A DNA stretch of 19,893 nt from Hormoscilla sp. GTDB taxonomy: Bacteria > Cyanobacteriota > Cyanobacteriia > Cyanobacteriales > Desertifilaceae. The notes under the pieces were generated by a model. The model made no database searches. It saw nothing but the letters and a program-made list of their open reading frames with translations, and was not told the origin of the DNA. Within the stretch, counting starts at the first letter, position 1, and every line of letters starts with the position of its first letter. Below, one piece after another: positions 17,021 to 19,893 of the stretch. Both the position numbers and the translations under genes were made by a program. The DNA lies in the NCBI GenBank assembly GCA_051439505.1, contig JBFRWI010000109.1:1-19893 (forward strand), given 5' to 3'.

Positions 17021-18493
17021 ATGAAGCATATCGAAGAAGTGTTAGAGTGGGCTGAAAATGTAATCGTTGACCAAACCGGCGAACCTATCACACCGATAGA
17101 GGAAGCGATCCTCAAGGGTGTTTGGCAGCGACAAACCTATCCGCAAATCGCTGAAACTTTGAATTGCAGTCCATCTCACGTTAAGAAAGAAGCCGCGAAG
17201 TTATGGGATAAGCTGCGGGATGAGTTAGGAGAAGACCTGAATAAATATAATTTTCGTTCCAAGGTGGAAAAAAAACATAGAGTTTCTCAATCTTCACAAG
17301 CCAACCACTGTCTACAAGTTAATACTGTTAACCAAGTTGATACGCTTAACATTGATAGTAAATTAATACAAAGTATAAAAACTCCCAAAACCAGATCGCC
17401 CTCTGAGTCCTCTTCTCCCTCTTCAACCTCCACCGAAAATCGATCGCCCATCATTGACTTAACCGACGCACCAGAACTCACCGACTTTTACGATCGCACC
17501 ACCGAACTATCCACCCTGAAACAATGGATATTAAAAGACCATACCCGGTTAATCACCATCTACGGCTTCAGTGAAATTGGCAAAAGTACACTTACCCTCA
17601 AACTCATCGAACAAATCCATAATCAATTTGACTATATTATTTGGCGAAGCCCGAGCAATGTTCCCACATTGTCCGTTCTGAAAACAGAACTAAAAGAATT
17701 TTTTGCCCAGTCGCAACCGAACCCATTACCGACAGTTCTGGATTATTTTCGCTCCTCGCGCTGTTTAGTCATCCTCGATGATTTGCAGACTATTTTTCAA
17801 AGCGGTCAACTCGCCGGTGAATACTTAACAGGATATAAAGAATATGGCAAATTCTTGAAACAAATTGCCAGAAACCATCATCAGAGTTGTGTGATTCTCC
17901 TCAGTTGGGAAAAATCCAGAGAACTCGCTACCTTAGAAGGGAAAAACAGACCTGCCCGAACCTTACATCTGAAAGGATTAGAATCCGGGGCTGAGGAAAT
18001 TTTGCGAGAATACGGATTAACCGATGAAGAACGATGGCCGGAGTTAATTAACCTCTATCAAGGTCATCCGACCTGGTTAAATATTATCGCTTCAACTATC
18101 GTGGAACTATTTGACGGTAAGGTTTCTCTATTTTTAGGCGATTCCCCCCAACCCGATGGCGGGCCAATAAAAATTGATTCCTTTGATTCCCCCCTAGCCC
18201 CCCCAACTCCCCAAACCTGGGGGGAGTCAGCGGAGATATTTTTAGGGGACTTAGAACCGATTCTAGAATCTCAGTTAGAACGATTATCAGAATTAGAACA
18301 ACAGGTAATTTCCTGTTTCCGAGAAAATGAGGCGATCGCCCTTTCCCAACAACCGGCGAATTGTGAATTATCCCAATCGGAATTATGGTCAGCCATGCAA
18401 TCTTTAGTCAGACGAGGGCTAGTCGAAAAAATCTCAGAGGGAGGGCGAGGAATGTTTCTTCTCAATCCAATTTGGCAACAGTATATTAAATAG
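17021..18493 (+). CDS. N-terminal wHTH plus NB-ARC (STAND) ATPase, putative transcriptional regulator, no WD40/TPR tail
   Basis: EEAILKGVWQRQTYPQIAE...LWDKL HTH; FYDRTTEL..LKQWI, Walker A GFSEIGKST, IIWRS, Walker B LVILDD, YQGHP, RLSELE, SLVRRGLVEK. Confidence 0.85.
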   Translation: MKHIEEVLEWAENVIVDQTGEPITPIEEAILKGVWQRQTYPQIAETLNCSPSHVKKEAAKLWDKLRDELGEDLNKYNFRSKVEKKHRVSQSSQANHCLQVNTVNQVDTLNIDSKLIQSIKTPKTRSPSESSSPSSTSTENRSPIIDLTDAPELTDFYDRTTELSTLKQWILKDHTRLITIYGFSEIGKSTLTLKLIEQIHNQFDYIIWRSPSNVPTLSVLKTELKEFFAQSQPNPLPTVLDYFRSSRCLVILDDLQTIFQSGQLAGEYLTGYKEYGKFLKQIARNHHQSCVILLSWEKSRELATLEGKNRPARTLHLKGLESGAEEILREYGLTDEERWPELINLYQGHPTWLNIIASTIVELFDGKVSLFLGDSPQPDGGPIKIDSFDSPLAPPTPQTWGESAEIFLGDLEPILESQLERLSELEQQVISCFRENEAIALSQQPANCELSQSELWSAMQSLVRRGLVEKISEGGRGMFLLNPIWQQYIK

Positions 18494-18496
18494 GAC

Positions 18497-18632
18497 TTAC
18501 GTCAAGATCCTCCAGGCAACTGGACCGTCCAAATCTTAGGAAAAGACAATGACTTAACCTTAGAATTAATCTGTGGGGCTAACGGTGACAATGGCACAAA
18601 TTTATGAAGATGTCTTCAGCCCGGATGCGTGA
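18497..18632 (+). pseudogene. 3' remnant of a Uma2-family endonuclease gene, frameshifted
   Basis: Translates LRQDPPGNWTVQILGKDNDLTLE, then after 4 extra nt (TTAA, 18566-18569) SVGLTVTMAQIYEDVFSPDA*; resembles the Uma2 C-terminus (R...W....L.LES..L.....IYEDV); no 5' part. Confidence 0.7.
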
Positions 18633-18640
18633 ATTCAACC

Positions 18641-18680
18641 ATAAAAAAACGCCCCCCTTTCCAGGAGAGCGTTTTTTTAT
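18641..18680 (-). terminator. Rho-independent terminator of psbA copy 2
   Basis: Minus strand ATAAAAAAACGCTCTCC-tggaaa-GGGGGGCGTTTTTTTAT; homologous to the copy 1 terminator. Confidence 0.85.
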
Positions 18681-18715
18681 TTAGTTAGCTAAATTAGCTA
18701 ATTTTTAGCTAATAA

Positions 18716-19798
18716 TTAGCCATTGATTTGGGGAGCGGTCAAAGCCACGGGGGCAGCTTCACCGGAGGCCAAGTCTAAGGGGAAGTTGTGAGCATTGCGC
18801 TCGTGCATTACTTCCATCCCCAGGTTAGCGCGGTTCAGCACGTCTGCCCAAGTACCGATCACGCGACCTTGAGAGTCGATGATGGACTGGTTGAAGTTGA
18901 AACCGTTCAGGTTGAAGGCCATCGTGCTCACGCCCAGGGCGGTGAACCAGATACCGATCACCGGCCAGGCACCCAATAAGAAGTGCAAGGAACGGCTGTT
19001 GTTGAAAGAAGCGTATTGTAATATCAAACGACCGAAGTAGCCGTGAGCTGCGACGATGTTGTAGGTTTCTTCTTCTTGACCGAATTTGTAACCGTAGTTT
19101 TGTGATTCCACTTCGGTTGTTTCACGCACCAGAGAAGAAGTCACCAAAGAACCGTGCATCGCGCAGAACAGAGAACCACCGAAGACACCGGCAACACCCA
19201 GCATGTGGAAGGGGTGCATCAGGATGTTATGCTCAGCTTGGAACACCAACATGAAGTTGAATGTACCAGAGATACCCAAGGGCATACCATCGGAGAAGGA
19301 ACCTTGCCCGATCGGGTAGATCAGGAACACTGCTGTTGCGGCGCTTACTGGTGCGCTATATGCAACACAGATCCAAGGACGCATACCCAGACGGTAGGAC
19401 AGTTCCCACTGACGACCCATGTAGCAGCAGATGCCGATGAAGAAGTGGAAGATGATCAGCTGGTAAGGACCACCGTTGTACAGCCACTCATCCAAGGAAG
19501 CTGCTTCCCAGATGGGGTAGAAGTGCAGACCGATCGCATTTGAGCTAGGCACAACTGCACCGGAGATGATGTTGTTGCCGTACAGCAGAGAACCAGCAAC
19601 CGGTTCCCGGATACCATCGATGTCCACGGGAGGAGCAGCGATGAAAGCGATGATGAAGCAGGTGGTAGCAGTTAAGAGGGTGGGGATCATCAGAGTACCG
19701 AACCAACCGACATAAATGCGGTTGTTGGTGCTGGTTACCCACTGACAAAACTGTTCCCACAAGGAAACGCCAGAGCGTTGTTGTAAGGTGGTAGTCAT
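18716..19798 (-). CDS. psbA: Photosystem II D1 protein, copy 2 (Q130; distinct N-terminus; L260 and L274)
   Basis: 360 aa D1 with intact water-oxidation ligand motifs. Confidence 0.99.
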   Translation of the reverse strand: MTTTLQQRSGVSLWEQFCQWVTSTNNRIYVGWFGTLMIPTLLTATTCFIIAFIAAPPVDIDGIREPVAGSLLYGNNIISGAVVPSSNAIGLHFYPIWEAASLDEWLYNGGPYQLIIFHFFIGICCYMGRQWELSYRLGMRPWICVAYSAPVSAATAVFLIYPIGQGSFSDGMPLGISGTFNFMLVFQAEHNILMHPFHMLGVAGVFGGSLFCAMHGSLVTSSLVRETTEVESQNYGYKFGQEEETYNIVAAHGYFGRLILQYASFNNSRSLHFLLGAWPVIGIWFTALGVSTMAFNLNGFNFNQSIIDSQGRVIGTWADVLNRANLGMEVMHERNAHNFPLDLASGEAAPVALTAPQING

Positions 19799-19865
19799 GT
19801 TGGTTATAATTCCTGTTTGGTTTTCGAGGTACGAATGATTGGTATGATGACCTAATCTTAGACTT

Positions 19866-19883
19866 TTTGTAAAGTATTGTAAA
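19866..19883 (-). promoter_or_regulatory. HLR1 (RpaB-binding) direct repeat overlapping the psbA copy 2 promoter
   Basis: TTTACAAT-ac-TTTACAAA fits the (G/T)TTACA(T/A)(T/A)-N2 direct-repeat consensus. Confidence 0.8.
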
Positions 19884-19893
19884 GGAATTTAAG

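Noticed and set aside
18493..18501. GGACTTACG as the right end of a transposon carrying the cassette
   Set aside because: Only 9 bp, in the same orientation as 14176, with no matching inverted end at the left junction; it also overlaps the Uma2-like reading frame.
18716..19798. Rogue, far-red, chlorophyll f synthase or microaerobic D1 variant
   Set aside because: Water-oxidation ligands and the C-terminal processing site are standard, and the body is almost identical to copy 1.

Overview
Cyanobacterial chromosomal window (two psbA genes, frequent HIP1 octamer GCGATCGC, heptamer tandem repeats and many REP/MITE-like palindromes). Positions 1-13.9 kb hold mostly ordinary genes: a B12-binding-type radical SAM protein, a four-EF-hand protein, a DICT/HD-GYP-like protein, a VKOR-thioredoxin fusion, DUF2470, an orphan ABC-type ATPase, a MerR regulator, lipA, a response regulator, a ZIP-like membrane protein, recR (apparent GTT start), an HsdR_N-like nuclease and psbA. 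The most interesting part lies between the two co-oriented psbA copies. An inserted cassette of about 3.7 kb cuts a GNAT toxin gene on its left and a Uma2-like gene on its right. It encodes a Sec-exported precursor with a double-glycine-type leader and a Gly/Gln/Met repeat core, a stand-alone exported C39 peptidase (FapD-like) and an outer-membrane beta-barrel (FapF-like). A divergent wHTH/NB-ARC regulator and phased GTAGGAT boxes complete the cassette. I infer a minimal Fap-like secretion and processing system for a low-complexity peptide in a cyanobacterium. All family assignments come from motif recognition, not database searches.
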